Notes under the pieces: model-generated
The model's input: only the letters and a program-made list of their open reading frames with translations
What the model was told of the DNA's origin: nothing
The model's database searches: none
In this document: one piece after another, positions 34,313-46,060 of the stretch
Numbering within the stretch: position 1 is the first letter of the stretch
How the letters are laid out: every line of letters begins with the position of its first letter
Origin: Macrostomum lignano
Taxonomy: Eukaryota
DNA: 64,000 nt
Direction: 5' to 3'
NCBI GenBank assembly: GCA_002269645.1
Contig: NIVC01000433.1
Span: forward strand, 1 to 64,000
Translations under genes and position numbers: made by a program

Positions 34313-35881
34313 TCAGACGAATGTGTCCTCGTCGAGGTCTGCATCCTCACTGTAGGCATTCGATACGGCGACTGCGTGGGGACAGACCGAAGCGGCGCTA
34401 GGCAGATGAGGCAGCTGTTGCAGTCGAGCTGTCTGACGTATTGTCGGGCAAGGTGAAGAGTGCACCGTGGACGCTGAGCAGTGATGATGAGTGCGTTGCT
34501 GCTGCTGCTGCATTAGTTGCTGCTGCTGCTGCAGCTGCTCATCAAATTGCAGCAGAAGTTGAACAGCTCTGCTGGGCAAAGTCAGCGTTGTCACAGCACT
34601 ACCAGTTGGTGAGTTCATCGACTGCTGCAGCAGATGTTGCTGCTGCTGTTGCTGCTGCTGCTGTTGTTGCTGAAGCTCCTGACGCTGTCTCCGTCGTCTC
34701 CGATGGGCAGCCCGGAGCCGCCTCCGCCTAGTCAGCAAACTGCGCACCAGTACAGCAAGCAGAGCTGCACACAGCAAACAGACGGCTAATGTCAGAGCCT
34801 TCAACAAAAGTCCCCCATTGTTGTCGACAGCGCCACCGGTACTAACACCGCTGCCGCCACCGCCTCTACCTTTATCAGCAATCTCCCCGCTGGACTCTCG
34901 ACTGTTGACATTCAGCCAGAGCTGGCGCATGCACAGCGCCAGGGCTTGATCTTCGTCTTGGACGGCGCTGCTGACATTGCCAAATCCGTTGCGATCGACC
35001 GGTTTTGAGCCATTTTTCTTCCAACGAAGCAGCCTGCGGAAACAGCCGCCGGAAGTTTGTCCGTCGTCCTCCGTAGCCGAAGGTGTCAAATCGTCTGCGG
35101 CGTCGTTATTGGCTTGATTGGCTTCTTCTGACGAACTGGCTGTCGAAGCCGTTGAAGCTGCGACGTACAGCATCAAGGAGTGTTCAGTGCCGGTGCACAT
35201 TGGCCGGTCGCGGCACACCAATTGAGTCATTGCGTACCGAGTGACCCGACTGGTGTTGACCAGCTCGTAAAGCTGCAGAATGTCCGACTGGCAGCCAGCA
35301 GAGCGGTTCAGATGCGCCAGCGTCACGCACCACTGATCGTCGGAGGGGCACAGTTTTGACTGGCTGTTCCAGTCTAAGCAGCTGCGCTTCCTGCTACTGC
35401 CGCCGCTGAGGTCTTGCTGCTCGACGCGTGCAAAATTCTCGCCGCTTGTTGGAAGCCACGGCAGTCCCGGCTGGTTGCAGTCGGCCCGGTGTCGACAATA
35501 TCGAAACTCGACGGAAACGGCGAACTCTTCGGCACCGGCGCAGTTCAGCCGCAGCGCCAGCAGCTCGCCAGACGGTCGGGTGTACCGGCGAGACTTGCAG
35601 CCACCCGGGCAGGACTCGACTTTCAAGCAGCCGGGCTTGCCGACGCCGTCTGAACCTGCGCAGCCGGCGTTGGTCAGGCAACGAATTTCCGTTGATTCCA
35701 CAATGACTGGAAGCAGTAAAAGCAGCAGAAAGGTTGTCAGGCAGTTGATTCTGCTTGTAGGATGGTGTAGCATTTTTGATGTCGGAGTCTGCAATGGCTT
35801 TCTGTGTGCGTGTGTGTTTCCGTTCGCGTTTGTGGCCTCGGGTTTTTCCACGTTTTCGGGGTTTCCTTTTTTAGTCGACAA
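34313..35881 (-). CDS. Single-exon type I membrane protein: two Cys-rich three-finger-like ectodomain modules, TM, poly-Q tail, C-terminal TFV (likely start ATG 35773)
   Basis: 522-aa ORF; signal peptide FLLLLLLPVIVES; Cys clusters ending CRHRADCN and CRDRPMCT; TM LLLKALTLAVCLLCAALLAVLV followed by a basic stop-transfer. Confidence 0.8.
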   Translation of the reverse strand: MSTKKGNPENVEKPEATNANGNTHAHRKPLQTPTSKMLHHPTSRINCLTTFLLLLLLPVIVESTEIRCLTNAGCAGSDGVGKPGCLKVESCPGGCKSRRYTRPSGELLALRLNCAGAEEFAVSVEFRYCRHRADCNQPGLPWLPTSGENFARVEQQDLSGGSSRKRSCLDWNSQSKLCPSDDQWCVTLAHLNRSAGCQSDILQLYELVNTSRVTRYAMTQLVCRDRPMCTGTEHSLMLYVAASTASTASSSEEANQANNDAADDLTPSATEDDGQTSGGCFRRLLRWKKNGSKPVDRNGFGNVSSAVQDEDQALALCMRQLWLNVNSRESSGEIADKGRGGGGSGVSTGGAVDNNGGLLLKALTLAVCLLCAALLAVLVRSLLTRRRRLRAAHRRRRRQRQELQQQQQQQQQQQQHLLQQSMNSPTGSAVTTLTLPSRAVQLLLQFDEQLQQQQQLMQQQQQRTHHHCSASTVHSSPCPTIRQTARLQQLPHLPSAASVCPHAVAVSNAYSEDADLDEDTFV

Positions 35882-37145
35882 TCGCCAGAGCAGAATCGAT
35901 TGGTCACCGGCTGCTCAGGGCTTCTCTGCTGCCCGTTCTATTCGGCATCTCTTAATCTATATTTCACGGCCTCCTTTTATACCTCCAGTCTCTGGCGTGT
36001 TTGATGCGGATAGAAAACGAGAAGGCGAGGACAGGTGGGACGGAGCGATCGGTAACCTGCAAGCCCCTATTTTTCCCTTTCTTCTTCCTCTGTCTCTGAT
36101 CTCGTCTTCCTGTCCTTGCAGGGCACTAGCGGCTTAATTCTGCACTCCGGACTGGGCTTGAGTAGGTCTGTGCGCCAATATTATAACAAAATGCTACTCA
36201 ACACTTGTGTTTGCAATGGGACTTAACCCGTATGTACTACACGTTTACGTTTATAGTAGGGCAGTCGTCGTAAAGTCCCCAGCTATATTTCTTTTTCACA
36301 TGCTGACTCTCTCGCTCTGATGGCCGGAAACAAGCTGTAGCGAGCTGGGTGGAGTTCGGGGTCTCTCATCCGAGTAGAGAGAGCGAGAGGGACATGCAGG
36401 ATGAGCTGAGCTGGGATCTCTTTCAACTGCTCCAGAGCTAGACGAGTCTGGATTAAGCCTGCGATAATTAATGCTTTTTGTCGTGGCGTGTAGGGGCTCG
36501 GCCTGCCATGTTCAAACTGGGATGGAAGCATAGAGGGGAGCAGGGAGGCCACCAGTGCATGCACAGCTCGCAGTGGAGTGCTGAAACTGGGGGCGAGAGG
36601 TGCAGCACGAAGCTAACAACCAGACCCGCGCGGTTACTCCCGATTTTCAACGAAAACTCGCCCAATCTGTAAACTCGGCCCTGCGTCACAATTCCCCTCT
36701 CTCACCAAATTGTTTTCGAGTTTTGTAGCGCAGTGGAACAGGGGGCTAAATTCATCAAATAAATTTGTCGGAAGTAATTTTATAATCGCATCGCATTCGG
36801 AAATCGATATCCGATGTTTTTTGTCGGGAGAACTTTTCCAGTCGATAGTTGGGAAACGCTGCATCGTGTAGTTAGGGACCAAGCGGAATGCAAAATTACG
36901 CCAAATAAATTGAAAGTTAAAACATGATAAAATCGGGAGGTTTTTATGCGATCTGATCCCAGAACTTCTGTATGATAAATTTATCATTATTGATATTGCT
37001 GACCGAGAGAGTTTATTCGGTGTGGAAGTCAACGACGAATCCTAGGACAGCTCGACTGTCACTTTTGGGAGTCGCAGCTCTTGGTCGGGTTTTTTACGGC
37101 TCTAACTCACTCACTCAACTCACTAACCGCAGTCAAACCTGCTTA

Positions 37146-37967
37146 CAGGGGCGTTGCCACCGGCCGGGGGGACACGGGGGCATGCAAATGCTTTGTCCCC
37201 CTTATAAGGATTAGATATTAGCAAAGTCTAAGTCAAGCAAACAGAAGATTTGTTAAAGGGCAAATTAAAAAACACATTTAAGTCAAGCAAGTCTAAGTAA
37301 CACAATTAGAAGGACATCATGAAAGCGAAGCAAGCAAACTATAGATATGGTAAGAATTAAACTGCTACTTCCCTCCAGATTTCAGGCTAAGCTTTAGAGA
37401 TGACTTTGACGCCAACCGAGGTACAAACGTGCGAATCACTCCTAGAATGAGACTCGCTAATGAACTGACCTTTAACAATCGCCTGATGCGACCAAAAAAA
37501 TAACCGATATCCAACTATCTCTCTCGCCCCGTAGCAACGCGCTAATCTAATGTTGCTGCGTCTGTTTCTTAGCCCTGCCGTTGCTAATCAGCGGCAGGGG
37601 ATGGCGTGTATCTAAAATATATAAAATAGACGCGGCCTCGGTCACTGAAACGGGCTCTAATTTATAGTCTGGACTCCGTTTGCAGTCCCGCAAACCTCTG
37701 GTGCTATATTATTCTTTTGTGCTAAAGACACATCAGAGTTACGTAAGAGCGATCTCTATTGTAGGCCTTCTGAGATTCGGAAGGTAGTAAGTAAATCAGG
37801 TAAGATTAATCCGCTAGATGAAAGAACATAAAGAGAAATAGCCGGAGACCAAGAAGGGTCTTACACCCCCAGCCCCACCTTGTGACCCGTTGTGGAAATC
37901 TATAATTTTGCTTCAGGCCAAAATGCTTTGCCCCCTCCACACCATAAAACCCATGGCGACGGCCCTA
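37146..37967. mobile_element. Degenerate hAT-like non-autonomous element
   Basis: Imperfect TIR CAGGGGCGTTGCCACGG / CCATGGCGACGGCCCTA and repeated subterminal AATGCTTTG(T)CCCCC; no clean TSD. Confidence 0.45.
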
Positions 37968-38124
37968 CTTAACTTGTCAATTGGTTTCTCAAAAAAGTGC
38001 AGAGCTGAATTACTAAATTATAGTTGAAGTTCTTTCAAAATTTCAGTTTCATGTCGAAAGAATGAGAAGGAAATTAACGCATTTTAAGGAAATACATCGG
38101 TATAATATAATTTGCCTTTATTAT

Positions 38125-38590
38125 TTAGTTGAACTTGCATTGATTAAAGGTGCATCCATTGAAACTGAACTTAGCCACAGGGTTGTCGTGACTATTGTAG
38201 TTTCTCACTCGCTACGAAATTAAGGAAGCGTTCACCGTAAATGTACATCTGCTTCCTCGTTTCGGCAGGTAGGCTTTCAATTTCTACTCGATCCATCTTG
38301 TTAACATCAAGTTGCTCGCCATCTAGGCACGGCAGTTCATCGTTAGAACGATCACTTTGAATGTAGTCAAGGAACGCGGCAAAGTCGTCGTCGCGTGGGT
38401 CGATGTTTGAAGTCTCGGAAATAAAGTTCAGTAAGAACGAGTCAACATTGCCTAATTCGTCGATAGGCAGATTGCGCCAATTGATTGGAAAATGAATGCC
38501 TTCCATTCCATCGCGACTCTATGAAAATGATTCTACTCGCCCGATGAACAGCGACTCTTTAAAACTCCGTCGTCTTGACCATAGACACAT
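38125..38590 (-). mobile_element. Internally deleted Crypton-like (tyrosine recombinase/DUF3504 family) element
   Basis: ORF 38192-38506 resembles the Crypton N-terminal region (SLPAETRKQMYIYGERFLNFV). In a shifted frame it is joined directly to ...FSFNGCTFNQCKFN*, a Crypton/ZMYM-like C-terminal motif. No catalytic domain between them. Confidence 0.5.
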
Positions 38591-38756
38591 CATTCTCTAT
38601 GATTTCGTGTGTTCTGCCGTTGTCTGGAACTGAACTAACAGATTTTTTCTAACCCTTGGCTTTTACCATAGACATGGCAGATATTAAGATTTACGTCCAT
38701 GTACGTCCCCCACCCACTTTGATTTCTAACCCCTAGCTGACAATTTGGAAAATGAT

Positions 38757-39219
38757 GTCGTCTGGAATTGAGATTTCAGTTAATGGCCATAGACACGAGC
38801 GTGCGTAGCGCGAGTGTCAATTTGGCCATTAACTGAAATCTCAATTCCAGACAACCACCCATTGTTTAGCAATTTGACGATCATTATTCACATTTTTAAT
38901 GCAGAACAATCCATTACTACAAACAATGCATCGTCTGTAGGATCGTCAAACAGAAAAACAATGCAAAGAATCAGCGGTCGCAGCACGTGACAACGATTTG
39001 TCTATGGCTCGCGCCTACCGGCGCTCGCCAGACAATCGTTGTCACGCACTGGGACCGCTGATTATTTATCCATTGTTTGTAGGATCGTCAAGCAGCATAA
39101 CAATGCAAAAAATCAGCGGTCGCAGCACGCGACAACGATTTGTCTATGGCTCGCGCCTACCAGCGCTCGCCTACCAGCGCTCGCCAGACAATCGTTGTCA
39201 CGTGCTGCGACCGCTGATT
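38757..39219. repeat. Cluster of three long hairpins (38761-38851, 38969-39063, 39111-39219); the last two are a tandem duplication
   Basis: One perfect 29-bp arm pair and two ~34-bp arm pairs, each with CCATAGAC/GTCTATGG at the inner arm end. Confidence 0.85.
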
Positions 39220-39594
39220 ATTGATCCATTGACTAGTGTTTCCCTATAGACTAGTCTATGGTTTGGAGAGAAAATAACACGCAGCCTTGGAAGAACTTCT
39301 TGGGGCATAGACATTTTCTGCCCGAAAATTTGTGGGCATTGAATGACAGTTTTGACTTAGACCTTAAATGTAGTCTATTCGTACATGTAATAAGGTGATT
39401 GATTGATTGTCTGCCGGGCAAAAAAGATCATGGCACAATCGGACTTCTGTCCAAGGTAATCCTCTATGGTTGCGACCATTGCAGTCTGTCCTAACTTTTC
39501 GAACTCGTTGCTGATAATGGTACTGGCAAATGCAAACGACTCATTACACAATATTTTAAATTCACTAAGTGAACAATTACATTGTATACTCAGC

Positions 39595-39795
39595 AACATT
39601 GAAAAGTCGCCACGCCAAAGTCAGCATCTATCACCTGGCCAACCATTTTGATATTAAAAAATGCATGAAAAAACAATGAAAACCGGACTGAAGCAGCCCA
39701 ACTCTGCGTCGCGTGGCGAAAGTTGCGTTTCTCAAAAGTCAATAACTAAGCTAGAATTTACTGCACACTTTCAAAGGTGGCGACTTTTTAATGTT
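39595..39795. mobile_element. Small MITE (~200 bp)
   Basis: TIR AACATTGAAAAGTCGCCAC / GTGGCGACTTTTTAATGTT, one mismatch. Confidence 0.55.
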
Positions 39796-41530
39796 TTTGA
39801 GTATAATTCTTGACAAAATAATTGTCATAAGCGATTTGATTTATGCTTCCTATTACATAAAGGTAAAACACAAAGCACTTTTCACATTAAATATATCACC
39901 TTTGAGTATTTTCTAATCTATACTTTCAAATTATTGGAGCCATGCCTATTAAATATCCTTTCGTGGTCCTTGTGTCTTCTGTTGGTTGTCCTTAATCCTT
40001 AATCTCAGTTAGTCCGAATTATCATTTGTTGTCAATTTCATTGTTGAGCAGTTATTTTGTAATTGGGACTGTCACAAATTTAGGCTGCTTTATGGCTATT
40101 GAGGTCTATTATCGTCAAGGTTTACTATGGTGATTAAGGCTAATTACGAGTATTTTAGTTGATCGTTAGTTAGTCGCATTTGCTATTGCTACTGCTATTT
40201 ACTGTGCTGTTTAACTATATCTATTGCTGCCGTTATTGTTAGGGAAATGAAGAGTATAGGACTTCCGCCTCTGCAGACTAAATTGCGATGCGTTTTGAAC
40301 AAACGCTTCCATATTGTTTTGTCGCAGGCCTGAGCTGGCGAAATCCCTAATCCGGAAATTTTACACTACCAATTTAAAAAAATTACACAGAATTAAAAAC
40401 TACCTTAAAACTGTTTTGCAAATTTAGAAACTGACGTCAATAAAAACATAGATACTGGATACAGGATGCTACATATATTTCATTGCTGCATTAAAATAAT
40501 AAAAATAACCGCTTCAGGACGGAAAACGTCAATGGATTGTAAAAGTCTTATAACTCAATTTGGCACATATTTTTTGGCACTAAACTTTGGTGACGTCAAT
40601 AGAATGATAGGCAAAAATTGCAATTGCAATTGTCACGGAAAAGTATGCATAAAAGTGCAGATGTAAACTCGTATAAGTGGCTAATTATTAGATAAAAATT
40701 GATTGATAAAAAGCATAAACTTAGAAAAGCCACAGAAGTCACAGCAGCTTACACGACACTTCAAAACGAACGCAAAATTTGTGCAAAGAAAACAATTCTT
40801 GTTACAAGCCTCTTAAAAAATATTACTTGTATGAAACACAGTTAAGGATGTTAAAAGTCCATCAATAAATTCACACGATTTATTATTATTATAACAAACC
40901 AAGATTCTTCAGCTGCAATAATATAAATAATACTCTGAACATAAGAGGTCAAAACCAAATAAAGCTGCTGAGATATTTGTACTATGAGGTACAAAAGAAT
41001 TCAAAAAGTATAGCCGATGCCTTTCAGTCATAGAAAAAAATAAACCAGTACAGATTAATAAAGTTACTGTAAAGTGTCAAACATGTTTTAAAATGTGCAA
41101 AACTACATGGTGCAGCTGTGAACTATTGATAGGTGTAGGACAAGGTGTCGCAAGAGTAAATTCGATTAGAAAAAAGCTTGTGTTTTAATTTAATAGTAAT
41201 ATCAGACAATTCATAAGAGATTTTAGAATCCCAAAAAAACTTAATTCAAAGACAAATATTTTTTTGCCTTTGATTTGGATAAACGAGCAGATGCACAAAT
41301 TTGAGAATTTTACTAAGAAGAGTAGTTACTTGTATTGAAATTCCCCGAGTATAAATTATGCGCGGAAAAAGTTGGGTACTGCTAACAGTTCTACATTCGA
41401 AATAAAGATTACAACACAAGCACAATCGATAGTGCTACCAAACACTTAACAGTTATAGAAAAACAACTAACCTAAAAAGTTCCAATTATTAAAGTAATTA
41501 TTATGGAGAGGTTAAAAACCAGCACTTAAT

Positions 41531-42966
41531 TCAACTCGGCTCGGCTAGATCAACTGACGACTTGCGTCTGAAAAAAAGATTTGAAACGTCGTTAGCATAT
41601 TCTTTACAATACCAAGTTTAAAGGTGACAAAAATTCAGAAAAGTTGCTACTTGGTGTGCTTACCTGGAAAATAGATAGGTGGCTAGAAACAAAATAGAAA
41701 AGAGCACCAGTACTCCGCAATAGAGAAGCATTAATTTTGGCATTCCTATCGCTTCGTACAAAGAACCACCCACTACTGGTCCCATAAAAAGGCCGAATGA
41801 AGTGGCAGAGTTCGACGTGCTCGAGATCAAATTGATAGTGGCAGCGTTGTCTTCAAAGCCATGTCTGCACGCCTCCTCTAAACAAAGTGCGTAGATCGGA
41901 ACCATTGAAGCGCTAACGCCAATACCCATTAATATCAGGCCGGCAATCAAAGTCACGAGGCCGAAGCGAACTGGTATTAGAAGTCGAGGAGGATCAATTA
42001 AGAACATGCTTAATGCGCAACACAAAATACCAAAGAAAGCGATGCCGGCACCCCATTTCATGTAGTCAGATAGATATCCGAACAGAATAGCGCAAAGACT
42101 CAAAGAAAAAAACGGAATCATTAGCAGCAGCCCAATAACGGAATGCGAAAATTCAAATTTATCTAGCAAAAACGGCTCTATCACTACGCATATTGTGTCC
42201 TCAAGTATTCCGATGATAAAAAACGTCAACATAATAACAACTACTAGAGGGATGCGTAAAAAACTGACGAAAGAAACTGGCTTCTCGTGTCCATTATCGC
42301 TGACACTTGGAATTACGACAATCGCTGCAAATGCCAATAGTAAGAGAAGACCGCCAACTGTAAGCAATGGCAGTTTGAACCCACCAACATCAAACAGGAC
42401 GCCACCAATTCCTGGTCCCAGCGTGTAACCGATCGATAATCCAGTTTCCACAACGCCATTGACAGTTGATAAACGGTCTGGGAAGACGCTGGCAAGGGTG
42501 GCAAAGGCGGCCACGAACAATATAGAAGCACCAATAGCTGATACGGCACGGAGGATGATGACCAGCACAGCGAATAGAACGCCGTTAGGACAGTACTCCA
42601 GAAAGGCGAATAGTAGCCAACAAACGCTACTAATAAGAAGTCCTCCCACGAAAAGAATTTTGTTTCCTATTTTAGTGCTAATGAAGACAACAAATGGACT
42701 GAATATGAAGTTAACAAGCTCAAAGACTCCGAATAGCAGTCCAGAGACAGTTATTGATACTCCTTTGGACAAACATACTCCGGGAAAGAATGGCGAAATC
42801 ACAGAGGAGGAGGCGCATACAAGCATAAATGAAAAGAAGCTTGTGGCCAATATTAATATTGAAGAAATGCTGAATCGCGATGGCCTTAGCTTAGTCAAGC
42901 AGTGACAACATTGAGTGGACTTGTCCTCACTTTTTTATCAACCAATAGAGCTGTCTCCGTGGACAT
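41531..42966 (-). CDS. SLC18B1: SLC18B1-like MFS transporter, copy 1; exons 42966-41664 and probably 41567-41531
   Basis: 412-aa multi-TM ORF with SVISPFFP, GVVETGLSIGYTLGPGIGG, GGFKLP, SFGLFMGP. ATG 42966 joins the frame only with +1 base in the T6 run at ~42931-42936. Donor AG|gtaagc at 41663. Confidence 0.8.
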
Positions 42967-44846
42967 TGCTGATTATTTACATGTACTGTCTTCGTCCGAA
43001 AAGACTGAAATATTAGTTGGATAGTAATTTTTCGTTAATAAAACTCGGATACAACAAAGAATATCGACAGTTTCTATGTAGTGTTTCCTAGTTCATACAA
43101 AAGAAGTTAATTTAATGCATACTGATAAGTAATAAGAATGCTGCTAGTACTGCGTCTACTCAGTCGTGTATTTCTATTAACACTGATAAAAATTTCTTAC
43201 TCCGATCTCTGTCTTTTCTTGTTATGCTATGCGTTTGAAGGCTCTTCGTTATTTATAAAAAACTAGTTTCTGCTAAATTGGCCTTGAGACTTCAATTAAA
43301 ACTGCAGTTTGGCGTTTTTACCGTTGACAAATGTCGATGAACTGTTGAAGGAAAAAAGGTCTACATTACATAAAAATTTTCAAAAGAACACCAAAACCTA
43401 TATACTCCCTTTATATATACACCAGCTATTTTCATACACGTAGACACTATTTCACAGTAGAAACGAGCTACTAAATACTATAATTATAGTTGTACGCTCG
43501 TATCTATATATCTATAAAATTTTGAGTCGTATCTATTGCTACTTCAAAATCCAAACAAAAAATACAAAAAGTAAATAAAAAAAGCTGCAAAATTAGTTGC
43601 AGAAAAAACTTGTATACTTTTTTAAAATCTAAAAACGTAATTTTGTCAATTATAAATTTGCTATTGTGAAAAACAATTCTGAGACAAAGCAATATGCAGA
43701 AAGTGAGCAATTGAAGATTATAAAATGAGTAGTCGAAGTTTTTTCGTGGATATAACAAAATCAATTCATTGTAAAGGGCATCAACTTGCGCCATTTGTGT
43801 TTCCCGTAGCAAAGCAATAGAATTCGAAGAATAATTGAGACAGAAATTTGCAATAAAACAGCTGCATATGTACACAATTACGACTCGTAGAATACATTTA
43901 ATTTACGCAGTAAATATAAATTTTCTTTGAAAAAAATAAAAGCACAGCAAACTAAAAAGGCACTAATAAAATGGTGTCACTGCAGACACTGAGTTTAAAG
44001 TGTAGAAAAATTGGCACAATAGAATGAAACAAAAACAGTGTAAAATTCCTAACTATATAATATTATCGATATTCAAACGGTAAAACGGCAAGCACAGAGG
44101 TAGGCAGTTAAACAAGTACAGGGTTTTGTGTAGATCGAAAATATTAGAGGCACAATCTGATTACATGATGTTAAAATTCTAGCTTAAACAGGAGTACTAT
44201 TATTATTATTATTATAAAATGCGCATACTAAGGCCGCAGATTATTTCTGATCTTATTTAAGGCAACCTGATACGAAAAAATGGGTAAATAAAAATATTCG
44301 TTCAATGTAACGTTCGATGCAAACCGAGTATTCAAGTTTTTTTTCAGTACCAATTTAAAGCCTAAGGGCCTCAGGAGTTTCTACTGTCTCAATTTCCTTG
44401 AGTCAATAGGTAAAATACTTTATCCTCTGCAGTAATTAAGGTTTTTTAAACTTTATCCGAGATTTCCTGTTGAAATTTATCACGGGGAGCACTGTAATAG
44501 CTAAGAGTACGGGTACTCTAAGGTAGGAAATTATAACTTCTCCGACACGAGCTCATTCTACTTAAAGTCATTTTAATAAATCATTAAATGTTCAGCGTTA
44601 AAGAAAAGTAGCTTCAGAATCAGCTGAAAATCTATTAAGGGTTACAATATACCTTATAGGACATAGTTTCGCACAATAGAAGTATATTGATATTTTGATA
44701 ATCACTCTTGATTTCCATTTTGTGCGGCGGCTTTATCCATCAACTTGATATCGGGCGAAATTCGTCTAAAGTTCGAAAAATAAAATTGTTTGCTTGCAGG
44801 AGTGCAGAAACATTAAATGACAATGAAAGCAATTGCGTATACCTAC

Positions 44847-46060
44847 CTGGTGATAAGCAAGGTGGCTAAAAGCACAATAGATAAAAGCACATGAACTCCG
44901 GAATAGATGAACAGTAACGTCTGCAAGCCAATTTTCTCGTACAAATATCCACTGACTGTTGGTTCTAAAGCAGCCAAAAGAATAGGTGGAGTTTGCTACC
45001 CTTGTTATTAAAACGAATGTAGCAGCGTTCTTTTCGAATCCATGCTAGCAGACCTCCGTTAGGCACAATCCAAAAATTGGAAATAGAGTAGAACTAACTC
45101 CAATTCCAATAAAAATTAAAGCGGCCACCAAAGAAGCCATTAATAAACGAACAGGAATGTTTGATCTTGGTGGGTCGATGAGAAATAAGCCTAAAGCGCT
45201 GGATAGTATTCCAAAAAGCGTGATACCAGCATTCCACCCAGTATAGTCCGATAGGAAGCCAACGAAAATTCTAATAATACTCATCACTAGAAAAGGTATT
45301 AGAAGTAAAAGACCAATTACAGAATGTGAAAGCTTGAAAGTTTCAATAGTATAAGGCTCCATCACAACGCCAATAGTGCCTTCCAGTACCCCCACCATGC
45401 TAAACGTCAACATAATAACAACTACCAACGGGATGCGTATAAAACTGAAGAACGAAACTGGCTTCTCGTGTCCATCATCGCTAACACTTGAAATTACGGC
45501 GATCGCAGCAAAGGCCATCAGTAAGAGAAGACCGCCAACTGTAAGCAATGGCAGTTTAAACCCACCAACATCAAACAGGACGCCACCAATTCCTGGTCCC
45601 AGCGTGTAACCGATCGATAATCCAGTTTCCGCAACACCATTGACAGTTGACAAACGGTCTGGGAAGACGCTGGCAAGGGTGGCAAAGGCGGCCACGAACA
45701 ATATAGAAGCACCAATAGCTGATACGGCACGGGGAATGATGACCAGCACAACGAAGGTAATGCCTTTTGGTCTGTTCTCCAGAAAGGCAAACAGCATCGT
45801 TTTGAACTCTTCGGGCAATAAAGACAACAAATGGGCTGAAGATGAAATTAACAAGCTGGAAAACACCGTATAACAGTCCAGTGACAGTCATTGACATTCC
45901 TCTTGACAGAGAAACTCCGGAAAAAAAACGGCGATATTACAGAGTAAGCTGCTGTTGAAAATAAGTCTGAGCAGAAGCAAGTAATCAATATTAGAATAGA
46001 GGTAAGACCAAGTGTTGAAAGCTTCATTTTTGAAAATATTTTGCAGCATCCATTTTCTTC
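44847..46060 (-). pseudogene. SLC18B1: SLC18B1-like copy 2, pseudogene (close paralog of copy 1)
   Basis: Long near-identical stretches with copy 1, but several frameshifts, an apparent deletion near 45800 and a premature TAG at 45045-45047; the same 3' donor position is kept at 44846. Confidence 0.85.

Noticed and set aside
36283-37032. ORFs 36283-36564 and 36634-37032
   Set aside because: No recognisable motif and no consistent splice partners.
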